Positions 35,387 through 48,679 of a stretch of DNA of 64,000 nt are shown piece by piece. A program made the translations under genes and the position numbers. Under the pieces are notes generated by a model. The model saw nothing but the letters and a program-made list of their open reading frames with translations. It was not told the DNA's origin and made no database searches. The DNA comes from Saccostrea cucullata. Its lineage: Eukaryota. The DNA lies in the NCBI RefSeq assembly GCF_032062105.1, contig NW_026929709.1, positions 62,001 to 126,000 on the forward strand, written 5' to 3'. The stretch's first letter is position 1; every line of letters starts with the position of its first letter.

Positions 35387-35564
35387 TTTAGTAATTAAAT
35401 CAAAATGCCCAAGAATGAAAAAAGTATCATTACAACACTTTCATAGTTAACTATATTAAGCCAAATAGTAAAACAAATCAATTAAAAATGTATTTCTGAA
35501 TTTTCATAGCCGATTACTTTTTTGAAAATTATTTACAGGTCTGTATGGAGTGGAGTGGCAAGTC

Positions 35565-38500
35565 ATGAAAATCTTGATCTATTTTATTGGATTTTTGGTA
35601 AGTTATAAGTTTTAACTTAAATTCAAAGTTTTATAACATACATGTACATACTTTTTTGTCTATGTTAAACTTGAATGAATGTTCTTTTTCGTTTAAAATT
35701 TCAGCATTTTGTTGATTCTTTGAGCAAAGAGAAATGCCTTAAACCCAGTTCTACAGTAAAGCATGCACTAATGTGCCCAGAAACCGAAGAAGAATGGAAG
35801 AGATCATCTGTAACAATGAATTGTTCTCAATATGCTCCTAGATGTCCCGGATATGACGAAAAGAAATGGGAATATCATTGTGTCCTCGATACATTTTTAA
35901 CTGAGCTGTTAGAGGTCTGTGCTCCAGCTGTGAACATTATTGGTATGTGTTATATGTTCTTTATTCATTAAAACCTTGCACATGTTGCATAAGCTATTAA
36001 AATGTGTTTGACGAAGCATCGTTTTTAAGTTTATTAAGAAAGAATATTGTTAAATTGCTAATATTTTGAGTTAAGAATTACATGTATCATGAAACAGTAT
36101 TTCATTTTTACAGATGATAAGGGCAATATATTTACATGTACTTTGAATTTGTAAATATATTTTTTTTTACATCTAATTTCAATTATTTCCTTTATTTTGT
36201 CATTTACTTTTAGGGGGAAACTGTGCTGAATTTAATATAAAAGGCGATATAATTCAAGAGAATACAAATGCACCTTGTTCTACAGCTAAGGAGAAATGTC
36301 CTTTTTCATATTCATCAACTGATGCTTACAAATGTATGTTTTTATGCGATGATGTTGTTGTTTATTTATTGCAATGTTGTTAAATTAATGTTAGATAGAT
36401 TTGTAATGAAATGATGTTTATCTTTCAGTTGCAGGATGTTTTTCCTTACCAAAAATTAAGGTGAAACCTCCTATAAGAAATTATCCAACAACATTTGAGC
36501 AATCAACTTCTTTGGATAAACAGTATGTACAACTGATTATTTAACAAATTATTTCAAGTCCAAGAATAATCATTAAACCTAGGGCTGGGTATTGGCCCGA
36601 GATTTCGTATTGCGATATATTGCGATATTTGTAACTGTATTGCGATATGTATTGCAATATTTTAAATGTAATTTAAATGGCATTTTCTTCCTAAATTTAC
36701 TTTTAATTTACATGCAGAATGTACATAACTATGATAAGTAACCAACAATGACAAAAAAATTGTTAATTTCATTAAAGTTATGCTCTCAAATGTTCCCACA
36801 AAGCAACTTCTGTCGTACTGTTTGGCTTAATAACAAACTTTCATAAGTCCATTTTTATATTTAATGATAAAATTACTTAATCTAAGCATATTGCCAATAT
36901 ATCGATATTACAAAATCGTATTGCGATACGATATTTTTTGTCATTGTATTGCAATATATTGAAATATCGATATTATTGCCCAGCCCTAATTAAACCTTTG
37001 AAATACTTCACTTGGTATAATTCATTGTATATGTAATGTATATTCGAAATGTTATATTGTTAAATTGGTATGATATTCTTTATATTTATAAATAGTAAAC
37101 AATGTGTATAAATAAACCCTACCAACAACTTAGTTATTTTAATGTAGATAGCAGGTACATATGTACAAGAATAAGATTGAATACTTACATGTAATGCAAG
37201 GAAGAATTGATAATTGAGTGATATTTGCTCCTCAATGGTTTTCAGGATGAAATGAAAAAAGAAGAGAAATTTTGTATGAAAACGTGTTTGTTTTCCTTGT
37301 AGATCTAATGAGGAAGAAGAAAATACTTCTAGCATTACCAAAGATATCATATTTAGCAGTGCTGTTGCCTTGCTACTTCTAATAATTATAATTGGTATAA
37401 TCTTGTGGAAAACACAAGTTCTGAGGAGTATACCATGTTTAAGTATATCATAAAATTTTACCTTAATAATCATCTGCTGTATTTATAAGTAAGAAATGTA
37501 TTATTTCTTTCCTTGCTGAATTAAACAAAATATGCCGGTATATAGCATTATTAATTTCTGAATTAACATATGTTTTAAACAATTATTCCATAGATAGACA
37601 AATGCAAACTGATACAGATGAAAAAAATCGCAAAGGTATTGTTCTGTAGAAATAGAAGTGCCTTATTTATAAATGTTTTTCATCTTCTGTGACAATTAAA
37701 TATTTGGACAAATACTAATCATGAACATTTTTGTCATGTAAAGATCTCAAAAGGCCAGGACTTTTTTTTTAATTTAATTTTTTTCTTTTTCTTTTTTATG
37801 CATTCAGTATTTATATCATTTTATTATACCTCTGTGTATTTTCTTACCAGGTATTTAAAATGTGATGAATAATCTTTTTTTACTGTGAAATAATTTCTTT
37901 TGCTCATTGTCTATGATGAAATAAATTAATCATCAACAGCATTCAATTTCCCTCGTGTTTTATCCGGATAGTGCGAGACAGGTACTAGTAATTTACTTAG
38001 TAATCTACTGACTTTTGGGACAATAGAAAGTAAAACGTCCCCTCAACAACTTTTCCCGGGGGGCATCCGGTGGAAATAGTTGCCTTTTTGGGGAAGAGTA
38101 AACTTGGTATTATCCCAGTAGTCAGAAAATAAATTTTATACATTGTTAAATAAATGCATGTAAATATGTTATAAATAGATCCTGAGAAAGTGTCATTAAT
38201 GGAGTCGCCAAAGATTCTCACAAGAAATTTTTCAGGATGTTCAAGTAAGAGTTATAAAATGTTTTAAAGATATTTTCTGATAAAGACACTAGAGAAAAAT
38301 GCAAACAGATCGAGAAATACAATGTACAGTTGTATGAAATCAAGAAAACAAACTAAAAATGATGATACAGAAAACAATTTAAGAAAATTTTAATATTTTT
38401 ATTATTCAAGTACAAGTTGTAATTTATCAATTTTTTCTATGATGTTGTGGTATAATATACATGTACACCTAATTAAATTAAAATACTTTTACTGCATGTA

Positions 38501-41500
38501 GTTGATGGGCACTTCTCTGCAACATAAAATAATAGGAAAAGTTTAAAATTAACAATCCATAAAATGTTATGAAAAATATTAATGTAACTTGAATACTGTT
38601 CCTTATCTCCACAGATTTCATTCCATAATTTTACATGTAAATAAAAAACGTAAAATTATTTAAATGTAAATTATTTTTAGGCTTAGATTCTTCCCAGATG
38701 GCGACACCAAAGACAGAGGGCATTCGTCATAAAGACATACAAATTCAACTCGAAGAACGTTAGTCTTAATTATGTACTTTCATAACTTTTTTGGTAGTCT
38801 TTTAATGTGAGCAAAAAATCTTCAAACATTTACATAAGTATTCAAAATGTGAAAGAGTTCCTTAAAGCATGAATCGTTCAAATTTACTATAACTATAAAA
38901 TTATTATTATTCAGCCATACCTGAATACGAAGGAACAAGGAGCCGAGTTTTGTTCATAGCTGCAATAGACATCGGAGCAACCTACTCAGGATATGGGTTT
39001 TCTTCAATATTTAACCCGTTTGACATCGAGAAGAACTTCTCTACTACTAATGATAATGCGCTAACTACAAAGATCCTGACTGCTGTATTACAACGCACTG
39101 AAAATAATGAAGATTTATATGGATATGATGCCAGAAAAACATATGAAGAGGCCTTGCCAGGGGATAGAGAAAAGTTATTGTTCTTCTGCCATTTTCACCA
39201 ATTTTACGAAAAAAAGGTACAAAATATAACCCCCAGTAAAAAGCACACTACTTATAATTATAAATACTCATACATGTGTACATGTATTATTAGTTTTATA
39301 ATTACAGCGTATTAAATACTATTTTAGAATTGCTAAGAAAACTAAATTGGACACTTAAATAAGTATTTTTTAAAGGATCTATCCAATAGGTCTGTTTTCT
39401 ATCAGCAGCAGCTATTTTAGCCTTAGGCTAATTTATGGCCAAAGCTCTTGTGTAACTTTCATAAAAAGAGGATATTTAAATTTTTCAAGTTTTTTATTTT
39501 TTGTTTAATTTAATGTTTTGTTAATATGCGGGGACTTGTGTTTTTTTTTACCCATGTTTAAAGTGTGATTTACATATTAATAGCATTCAGAAAACAAATA
39601 TATTTAAAATAGGAATGGCAATCCACACAGACTTAGCAATGAGTTAACAGCATATTGTTCTCCATCTAATTATTAATCTTTTTAAAATTCACATGATATA
39701 GATATGACTAAAGTAAAACTCGGTTATAATCCTGGGGACCTGTGAATTTAATTCGCAAAATTCGTTATATCGAATTTGTATTACTTTATATAGCGAATTT
39801 GCAATATGCACGTTTTCCTTCAAGTATTACCATCGAATTTGTTACAAAAGCAATTATTACAAAATATACCTTGGATAAATAAGGTTTTATTTTAATGTGA
39901 ATTTTATATACAAACACTAAAGCAATATGAGCTGCATTTTTGAAAAAAATATTTTGCTGTTAAAATGTGTTATCTAGATAAATCTGTATGTAACTTTAAC
40001 CTTTATGATCGATTGGACTAAAACAAAGCAGACAAAAGGCTTATACAATCCAATATATAGTTTTAAATAAGAAATCATTATTGTACAGGACGATAATAAT
40101 ATAATTTTGATTTAATCGAAGCTTATACATGTAAATAGTTATTTCCAATTTTGCAACAAAAATTCCGACATCAAATCTGCAGCTCATGTTGCTTTACTAA
40201 AAATAAAGACAGATAATTTGTCAAATTATAATATCTTTGAAAATTCGTTATAAAAGATGTAAATTTCATTATATTTTAAAATCTCTAGGGGACACAAAAT
40301 CAGTTCGCTGTATTAGTAAATTTGTTATTCTGGGTATCAGAGTTCGTTATAACCGTAAAATTTTACAAAGAATTGATAAGAATTTTGCATACTTTTGAAT
40401 TCTGTATACATATCTCAAGCAAGTTTTATTCATATACAAAACACTAACAATATACTAATTTTATTTTGAATTTTATAACTCTGAAAGAGGATTGATTTAT
40501 CATATTTTTAAAATCAGATGTCCCAAATTTAGTTATCTCTGTCGTCATCACCAGATATATTGAACAATGTGTTTATTTGATCATAGATTCGAATGCATAC
40601 ATGTTTGTAAGTAGCTTTTGGGGTATTCATCTGTCCATCCGCAAATGTCTGTTTTCCGAATAAATTTTGTGTGGTCGTTAACATAATTTTTGCATGATTG
40701 ATGGCTCTGGGCTTTCATATATCAAAATTTTAATGTTTATTCCTTGTGAAATTTCTTTAGATGCTAATATTTATTGCCTGCATGGTCATATCTTAGAAGT
40801 TAGACCTATTGCAATAAAAAAGACTGTAGGTACTGTGAGCACTGAGCTCACTAAATGATACCCCAGCCTTCCATGTGATTATAAACGCCGGTTTTGCTCT
40901 GGGAGACCCCAGATAAGTGTCAGGTCAAAAAGTAAAATCAGACGTGCACAATCACTTTATGTAATAAATAATCTGTGAAAGTATTATTTTTTTCAGTGGT
41001 ATAAGAGAAGTTGAAGATAAGATATGGGTACCCTTTAATATTTTAGAAAGAATATAAAGTATCCATGCTTTGCTATATGAAACCCAAAATATATGATATA
41101 TGTGTCGGATCAAAAAGAAAAATAGGACCGAGGTCAAAATGGCACCATGTAACAAAGAATCTGTGAAGTCTAGTTAAATCTAGTCATTCAGTGGTAGAAT
41201 CGGAGTTGCGGATAAGAAATGGGTACCCCAGTGAGTAACAGACAGATGGACGGACGACATCCCGATCACTATATACCAGTCTGCTTTTCAAGTGGAGTTT
41301 GTAATAAAAATTGCATGTGAAATTAAACTTAAACGAAAGTATTGCATGTGAAATTAAACTTTTACCAAAGTATATTGCATGTAGAAGACATTTCAAATCT
41401 TGAAACTTTAGAAAACTTTTATATTGGTCTATGAACTGTCTAGCTTATAGGGATTAATTCATTACTTGAGTATTTCTTGTAATAAGATCTTTCTTTTGGA

Positions 41501-43438
41501 TACCAACCATTTTTTCTCTTTATAACATCATGAACATATTGACTTTAATTAAATATTGTCTGTCTACTTTTTGGAAAACTTTAATCTTGTTCATAACTTT
41601 TGAATGGTTGGTGATGTAGGGCTTTCATATTTCACATTGTATCCCTTGTGACAAGCCCTTTCTTATGCTTTCAACATTTCTCGCAAATGTCGATGTTTAA
41701 AAGAGTTATATTAAAAGACGTTATGTCAGCCACATTGTTATTGGTTTCATTTGAGAAGGTCCAGTATCGAGAGACACGTAAACTAAATGGATGTTAAACT
41801 TTAAGTATTTTCTTTTGTAAAAAGGGAGACATGGTGGTTAAAGCAGAGAACGGGATAGAGAAACCCCTGAAAGACATATTGACAATATTCATCAGATACC
41901 TTCTAAATCTTATTCTACAACGCATCAAGGAGGTTTTCAACAGAACTCAGGACACAACTGAGGGCGTTCGATTGGAAGACGTTAACGCTGTTGTCACTTA
42001 CCCTGTATCCTGGGACGAAGACCTTGTTTCTGTACTGCGGAGTGCAGCACACGCTGTAGGAAATGTCATTGATTATAAGTACCATATTGCAAAAATTCCA
42101 ATAGTCAGCTGATGTAAAAATAAATGTACTAGTTTACTAATATAGTTTTGTTTAGATTATGTCAAATAATAAGAAATGTTCTGGTAATTTGGTCATTTTG
42201 GCCCAACGCATTGTACAGTGCGCCTTGCATATACCAGATTTATTCTTCGTCAGAAGTAACCAAATTTACTATATAATTTTATTTTCACCTCCGATAGGCT
42301 GGAATTTCTGAGCGATCGCTCTACATGGTAAGTGAAGTGCAGACCGTTTTACCCTTTCTTCAAGTCATGCCAAAACATTTGCTGCCTTTAGCTAAACGAG
42401 AGACCGGACGTAAAGTATTTCAGGACATCTACAACAAAGACTTCATCATTTTGGATGTAGGCGGGGGTATGAATTGTTATTCATGAAAGCGTGTTATTGC
42501 TGCATTTCACCTGCTTAATTTGTTACTCATTATGCTAAGTAATTTATTTTCATTCAGAATTTTTTCAGTTGAATTCTATTCGATTGATTTTAAATTTGTT
42601 TTTGAATTTGTAAAACAAAATGAATCCAAGAAGAAATAATTAAAGAATACAATCATGTCTTTGTTTTCAAGCGATAAAGTGTAAAATTTTGAAAAAAGGC
42701 ACATGAACAATAATGGTGAAATATAAATGTCTTTTTTATTACTTTATTTTCATAGAGAGATGTGAGATAACAAAACTGAGAGGGAGAGAAGGACAAGAAC
42801 GGTCCCAGAACATAGAAATGAGATACTTTGACTGGGAAGCAGACGGTCCGGGGGAGAGATTTATTCGGTTCATGAAATCTTTGTTTGGGGAATATATCAT
42901 ATCAGACCTCCATACAAATTATGTGGAAGATTACTCTTTGCTTTTGCATAACTTCGAGACAGAAAAGCACAAAATCAGCAGCAATACACAGAAAATTTAC
43001 TTACCGATCCCGACCCAGTTGGAGGATCTTGTAAAAGAACATACTAGTCAGTGTTCTGTTAAGGAGCACGTGGAATCAAAATCAAGACAGAAATACAGTA
43101 GGGGAGTTACCTTTGAAAACCACAAACTTCACATTGATGCAGAAGTTTTTCGTGTCGTTATTTTTAAACCAGCTCTAATGTTATTAAGCCAGCATTTAAA
43201 GGAATTTTTCGAAAAAGATAAAAATTTAAGTGAGATTTCTTTTCTCTGTATGGTTGGAGGTTATTCAAACAACAAATTATTCCAAAATGAAGTCAAACGT
43301 TTTTGTGATTTAAACAATTTAGCTGTTGTAGTACCAGATGAAGCAGAACTTGTCATTTTAAAAGGTGCTATATATGCTGGACATTTACACTGGTTCAGAT
43401 GTCAGTTTGAAGAAAAATTGAAAAGCCTTACCTATTAG
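35565..43438 (+). CDS. Single-pass receptor-like protein with a Cys-rich ectodomain and a cytoplasmic HSPA12-like Hsp70 NBD (11 coding exons, 709 aa)
   Basis: Exons 35565-35597, 35705-35942, 36214-36333, 36429-36522, 37303-37442, 37594-37635, 38681-38758, 38915-39216, 41825-42055, 42298-42466, 42756-43438. All GT-AG and phase-compatible, total 2130 nt. Motifs AAIDIGATYSGY, VVTYPVSW, ILDVGG, MVGGYS, ILKGAIYAG. Confidence 0.8.
36580..36988. mobile_element. hAT-type MITE in an intron
   Basis: TAGGGCTGGG...CCCAGCCCTA termini, 8-bp TSD ATTAAACC (36572-36579, 36989-36996), subterminal ATTGCGAT repeats. Confidence 0.9.
39709..40360. mobile_element. Degenerate Tc1/mariner-type MITE relic
   Basis: TA-AAGTAAAACTCGGTTATAA start and recurring TTCGTTATA subterminal motifs. 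Right terminus not resolved. Confidence 0.35.
40818..41305 (+). mobile_element. HINE/Helentron-like non-autonomous element relic
   Basis: Palindromic GTGAGCACTGAGCTCAC head and a GACA/GGAC microsatellite near the 3' end. Confidence 0.4.
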
Positions 43439-44461
43439 CAAAGAATGAATATTTACAAAGGCAGCAAACACGTATAAAGTATTTTGGAAACCTCTCTAAA
43501 TATATCACTGCATATATATGTCACGGTAATACTCTTGTGTATTTGACATATTATTTGTGCTCGTAAACAAGTATTTTACATTTAAAGAAGAGAAGAATGT
43601 TAAGGAAGTTCTAAACACTAGCAAACATTTTTTTTTAATTGGATGAAAATACGGTATATCAAAACTATTGAGATTTGGATCTTGAGACTATTTTGTTCAT
43701 TTTCAACATAGGGTACCAGTCTATTTCTGCAGTTACATGTAGGACAATTTTAAGTATAGCTTTGACTTTCAGTATAAGGCGTGGCATTCTCGACGTTACA
43801 TAATTAGCTTCTGAAAGAAGTATATAGAGTAAGGGCCATTTAAGGCCCCCACTCAGAAAATGTTTATCTTTACTATGGAGAGGGATAAGGCAAGGATTTT
43901 ACTAAAAATATATAATTTAATTTGATCAGGCGTTCCGTTGCCATGGAAACCGTCGTCAAATTCATACACCTTCAGACCTCTAAATCTGGCATCTAATGAC
44001 ATCTATTGTCATTTAACCAATCTTTAATTTTGATACCAACTATATTGTCTTAAGTTAATGATAGTATGTATACTTTGGGATATGACATAGTGACTATTTT
44101 ACAAAGAAAATATATTTTAAATTATATAGGTATTCCGTTACCATGGAAACTATATTTAAACTTATTCCATTATATCTAAAATTATGGCTTTATTGACAAT
44201 TAAAAGATCTGTAATTTTGGTAGCATCTATAAAATCTTCCATATATATTTATATTTTGGATACCCTTAGATGATTTTGTACTTAGAATTATATTAAATTG
44301 ATAGGCAATTCCGTTGCCATAGCAACCATTTTTTACAAACGTATTCCTTTAGATCAGTTTTTGTTGTTGTTTACCAAACAAAAGCAATCGTTAATTTTTT
44401 TAAACATTGTTTTCCGCTTTTTTTTTTTTTTGTTAAACTTTATATTTTTAGGAATAAAGAA

Positions 44462-44936
44462 AACAAGATATGTTTGTTAAACTCTATGCGCCCAGCGGCA
44501 AGAAAGTTCGAAAAAGCTATTTTTAGCATATAGGTTACAGTCAAGGTCACAAGGTCTTTGACCTTGGTGTCATTTGAAAGCACTTAACTAATGAAGTATG
44601 CATACCAAATATAAAGTCTAGTGAAGTATGCATAAAGTCTATCTCCTATGGTTCAAAAGTTAGAGCAAAAGTTCGAGGGAAAAAACTATTTTTAGCATAA
44701 AGTTCACAGTCAAGGTCACAAGGTCATTGACCTTGGTGTCAGTTGAAAGTGTTTAGTTAGTGGAGTATGCATTCTAAATATGAAGTCTCTATCTCGAACG
44801 GTTCAAAAGTTATGGCGAAGGTTAAAGTTGACAACAGACAGACAAACAGAAAAACAGACAGTCAAACAGATAAACAGACAAAGAGACAGATAGAACAAAA
44901 AAAAATATACGCCCCAAATAAATTCGGGCGCATAAA
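44462..44936 (+). mobile_element. HINE/Helentron-associated element (CvA/pearl-like) with two satellite-like monomers
   Basis: AACAAGA start, two ~180-bp units containing CAAGGTCACAAGGTC.TTGACCTTG, a (GACA)n microsatellite, and a terminal GCCC...GGGC hairpin. Confidence 0.75.
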
Positions 44937-45430
44937 TATTTAACATATTAACAAAAACTTGGTATTGACTTGAGGGACGTGATTGTTGACAGGAATCAAC
45001 TTGCCTCTCTTACAATAAGTCTGTCCGTTAATGCAGTTCTTTCCGATAATAACTTTGTAACTTAGAAAAAATAGAAGTTTATATTCTAGTACATGTATAC
45101 ATATGATTTATAATTTGATTAAATCTCTAATTCAAAGTCTTGTCAAAAATTGTTCTACCATAATCATTTATAAAATTCAAATCACTGGCAGATGAAAATA
45201 TGAAAAATGCTAAGCATTAATTGGATTTTATCAATTATCATTTCACGGAGGAATTTATTAAAAAAAAAAAAACATCTGTATCATTCAGCATAATTTTGCA
45301 ATATGAACATAAAAATGTTGCACCGCATGATCATATCTGAAGTGCAGAAATAAGTAGTGAAACGACATATTGACTTATATTTTTTTCATATTTATGAATT
45401 TTTAATTTATGATTCTATTGCCAAAATTTC

Positions 45431-45714
45431 GCCTGCGTGGCGCAGTAGTTAAACATCTTTCTATAGAGTCGCGAAGTAAGGAGTCAATCCTTACGTCGAG
45501 GGATAGAATCCCACCAAGGGACGTGGAGGCCGTTCCTTCGTTTAAACTGAGGTCCCGTGTGTAGTTGGAGATGGCACAAAAAAAGATTTCTCGCTGGTCA
45601 ATTGTCCTAAGTGCCGAATATAGGTTAGAATCTGTTGCCCTTCATCTGCAAGTGGTGGTTTCTCAATATAAAGAAAAATTCTCAACAGGGACATTGAAAA
45701 CAATCTATCAATCA
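45431..45714 (+). mobile_element. Degenerate tRNA-derived SINE
   Basis: A-box-like TGGCGCAGTAG, degraded B box, a body resembling bivalve SINE2 elements, and a CAAT-type tail. Confidence 0.6.
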
Positions 45715-46022
45715 TTTTTATTTTTCTCTCCATTGAAATCGATGGCCTTTTCCTATTAACATGTACACAAATTCTAGTATCAGAAAGGGAAGATCGTGTA
45801 AATACTGCCTAAAATACATTGTTAAAAAATTCAAAAGGCATAATGATATAAGGTTTTTAAAATTAAACATAAAATTGTTAAAGAAAACAATACGAATTCA
45901 TGTAACTGGCCATTGAGGAGATACACAAACTCAATGAACAGGTTTGTTTGTTTGATTTTTTTTTATCTACCCTTCGCTTTCGAGAACTATTTTTTATATT
46001 CAAAATCTAATTATGTCTCGAT

Positions 46023-46118
46023 TCCGAAGTGAGATTTGAACCCTGTACTTAAGGATATTCTGCGCTATACTCTGCGACTCATGGGCAAATGATCTAACCA
46101 CTGCGCCACACAGGTGCA
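46023..46118 (-). repeat. tRNA-derived SINE head
   Basis: Minus-strand A box TGGCGCAGTGG and B box GGTTCAAATC; no clean cloverleaf. Confidence 0.5.
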
Positions 46119-46330
46119 CCAATAGACCTGGTGAAATATCGGAATCTTGTTTTGATATCATAGAGGGGGAAGGGTGCAATCGATAAAATATACTGAGTAA
46201 TCAATAACTTTCTAGTCTTTTGCCTTTTCGATAAAAAAATTAATTTCAACTGGTACAGTGTACTTTTTTGAGATTTTTCCGAGAAGAAATACAACTACAC
46301 GGGTAAGAACCTTGACTGTATTACAAACTA

Positions 46331-47378
46331 CGAAGGTAGCAATGACACACGCCACTTTCTCAACACTAAAAAAAATGCATTTTAAAACTCCCTATTTGTA
46401 CAGTCCGGAAGAGAAATCACAATGTTTTAACTAGTTAATTAAAATAAAAAGGAAATAATTATTATAATATTTAAAAAAAATAGTTGAGGTAAAAAAAAAA
46501 CCAATATCATGTTGAGTGTTACTGCAGTAATCAGTAAAAAAAATGTTTAGAGAAAGGGTATATATGACCTTATGTATATGTACATGTATAATGGGTCCTT
46601 CGTTATACAACTAAGTATAAACCTATTTAATTTAATAATTCACACTATGATAGTTTTTATAATAACACATTTACCCTAAAATTCAGAAATTGAATTAGAA
46701 TGAATTTTTATAATTAAAAATGTGATGCGTTTTTATTGTTTTGTTTTGACTATCGTATAAATAAAATGTTGATTCAAAACTTTCTTACTATTTATTTTCA
46801 TTTAGGCCTATTTATTATTTTTTTTTTGTACATATAAATAAGTTAATTATGCAATAAAATTAAATTATAGAAATATTAATATTATTTCTATTTGTGTATT
46901 TGTACTCAACATTTATAGAAAAAAATTATTTTAGTTGGTTTTATTAAAATTACTAATGCTCCGAACTTCTTAGAATAACGTTGAATTTTTTACACGTCTG
47001 GTTGGCCGTACATTTGTTGCCTTGTAAACAGGTAAACAATGAACGATATCGGATATGGGAAGAAATGATAACGTATAAAGTAGATATGGAAATATGCACA
47101 CACAATGAACGTATTTTAACATGAAAAAATAATTTTACAAAATGTATACTGTGTATATATTTCTTCTGTGAACTGATTTGATGTACAGTAGACGAAGTTC
47201 AAGCGATTCGAAGATCAAACTCGATCATCGTTTTCCTTGTGATCCACACATCAACAGATCAATATGTCGATCCCGATAAAATATATTCTTTAATCACAAA
47301 TATGTTTCTAAAATAGATATGTCTCGAACTTTATGTCGAAAATATACATGAAGCAATCGATAGATGATGCTACCTTCG
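46331..47378. mobile_element. Possible MITE with 11-bp terminal inverted repeats
   Basis: CGAAGGTAGCA (46331) and TGCTACCTTCG (47368-47378). TSD not clear. Confidence 0.35.
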
Positions 47379-47832
47379 AAATAAAAAAAATTTAACACAT
47401 GTCAAAAACGTCGTCGTCTTTCTCCGTACATGCTTGTGACGTCACGCGAGTCAGAAAGTGCTATTTTTCTCAAGGTTTTTTTTAATTTTTTAAAGTGTGT
47501 GCGACTTTATGAACAAGATTAATTTTTTGAATGAAGACTTTCTTTGAAAATATCTTTTACGTGTGTAAATATCTTTCTTGTTCAAGGCGTCGCACATACC
47601 TAAAATCGCCGATAACGATGCTAAAAATGCCACTTTTAGGTGTTTTCTTGTAAACTTAGTCACTTTAAGCCTTTAATTCTCTGCATATTACATAAATCAA
47701 CATATCAATTTAACCATAAAAGAAAAGTATAAATTCTAATCTTTCAAAAATTATCAATTTCATTGAGGTTTATTGGCGTTTAAATTGTATAAAAAACGGG
47801 GGCCAAACTATAATAGAAACCCTATATTATTA

Positions 47833-48216
47833 GTTACATAGTCTTTTAGTGACAGGGTATGGGATGATACCTGATTAGTAAATTTCATACCTGGCGAGGC
47901 GGAGCCGAGTCAGGTATGAAATTTACTAACCAGGTATCATCCCATACCCTGTCACTAAAAGACTATGTAACGAATTTACCCCACCGATGAAACATTTACG
48001 TTTTATCTGTGGTTTATAAATGGTTTTCTCTGCTAAATGCTTCATCGCGCTTATACTGTGCCTATTATGACGTCACGTTTGTGTTTGTGACGTAATACAT
48101 CGACCGGGTATGGATTTACAACTGACCGGGTATAAGTTATCCACTGCCTTCACGTGACAGACTTCAACCAATCGTAAGCCAGGATTTCACGGAAAAATCA
48201 ACAGAGGTGGGGTAAA
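47833..48216. mobile_element. Non-autonomous element with a 61-bp-arm hairpin and a second 11-bp inverted repeat
   Basis: Arms 47833-47893 and 47911-47971 (one mismatch), loop GCGAGGCGGAGCCGAGT. Second pair TTTACCCCACC 47975-47985 / GGTGGGGTAAA 48206-48216. Confidence 0.7.
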
Positions 48217-48679
48217 GTTCTTTACACTGCTTTCCCTCACTGTTGAAATATACATGGGATAGAATTTCGGGCAAATGCCAATTAGTGTATCCAATAACTA
48301 TGGCACGCCAAATTCACAAAATGAGCCAAACATAGTTTCACAGTTGATAAACTAGGTATATCGACTGTAAACTATAGTTTACAAACCGTGAGTTATATAG
48401 TTAACAATTCGTTAACTATTATAGTTTTCCTCTGTAAAGCTATGGTTTGGTTTGAACATATTTTATTGCACAAAATATATACAATGGGATTGGGCACAAG
48501 TTCTAAAAACTTAAATCGCCCTCTCCCTACGTGAGATATTATAACAGGATGAATTAGAAGTGTTCAACAGTTTGTACAAAATAAATAACAAGTAAATTAA
48601 ATAAACTCTCATTGTGGACATATATAGACTGCTACATTATTGTTTATACAAATAGTTTTAAAAAAAATAAAGTGTACAA

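Noticed and set aside
43840-44330. GTTGCCATGGAAAC-type repeats, also at ~3650-3890
   Set aside because: Probably old non-autonomous transposon interiors, but termini and TSDs could not be defined.
46023-46118. Possible tRNA gene
   Set aside because: A and B boxes are present, but there are no consistent acceptor or anticodon stems. Treated as SINE-derived.
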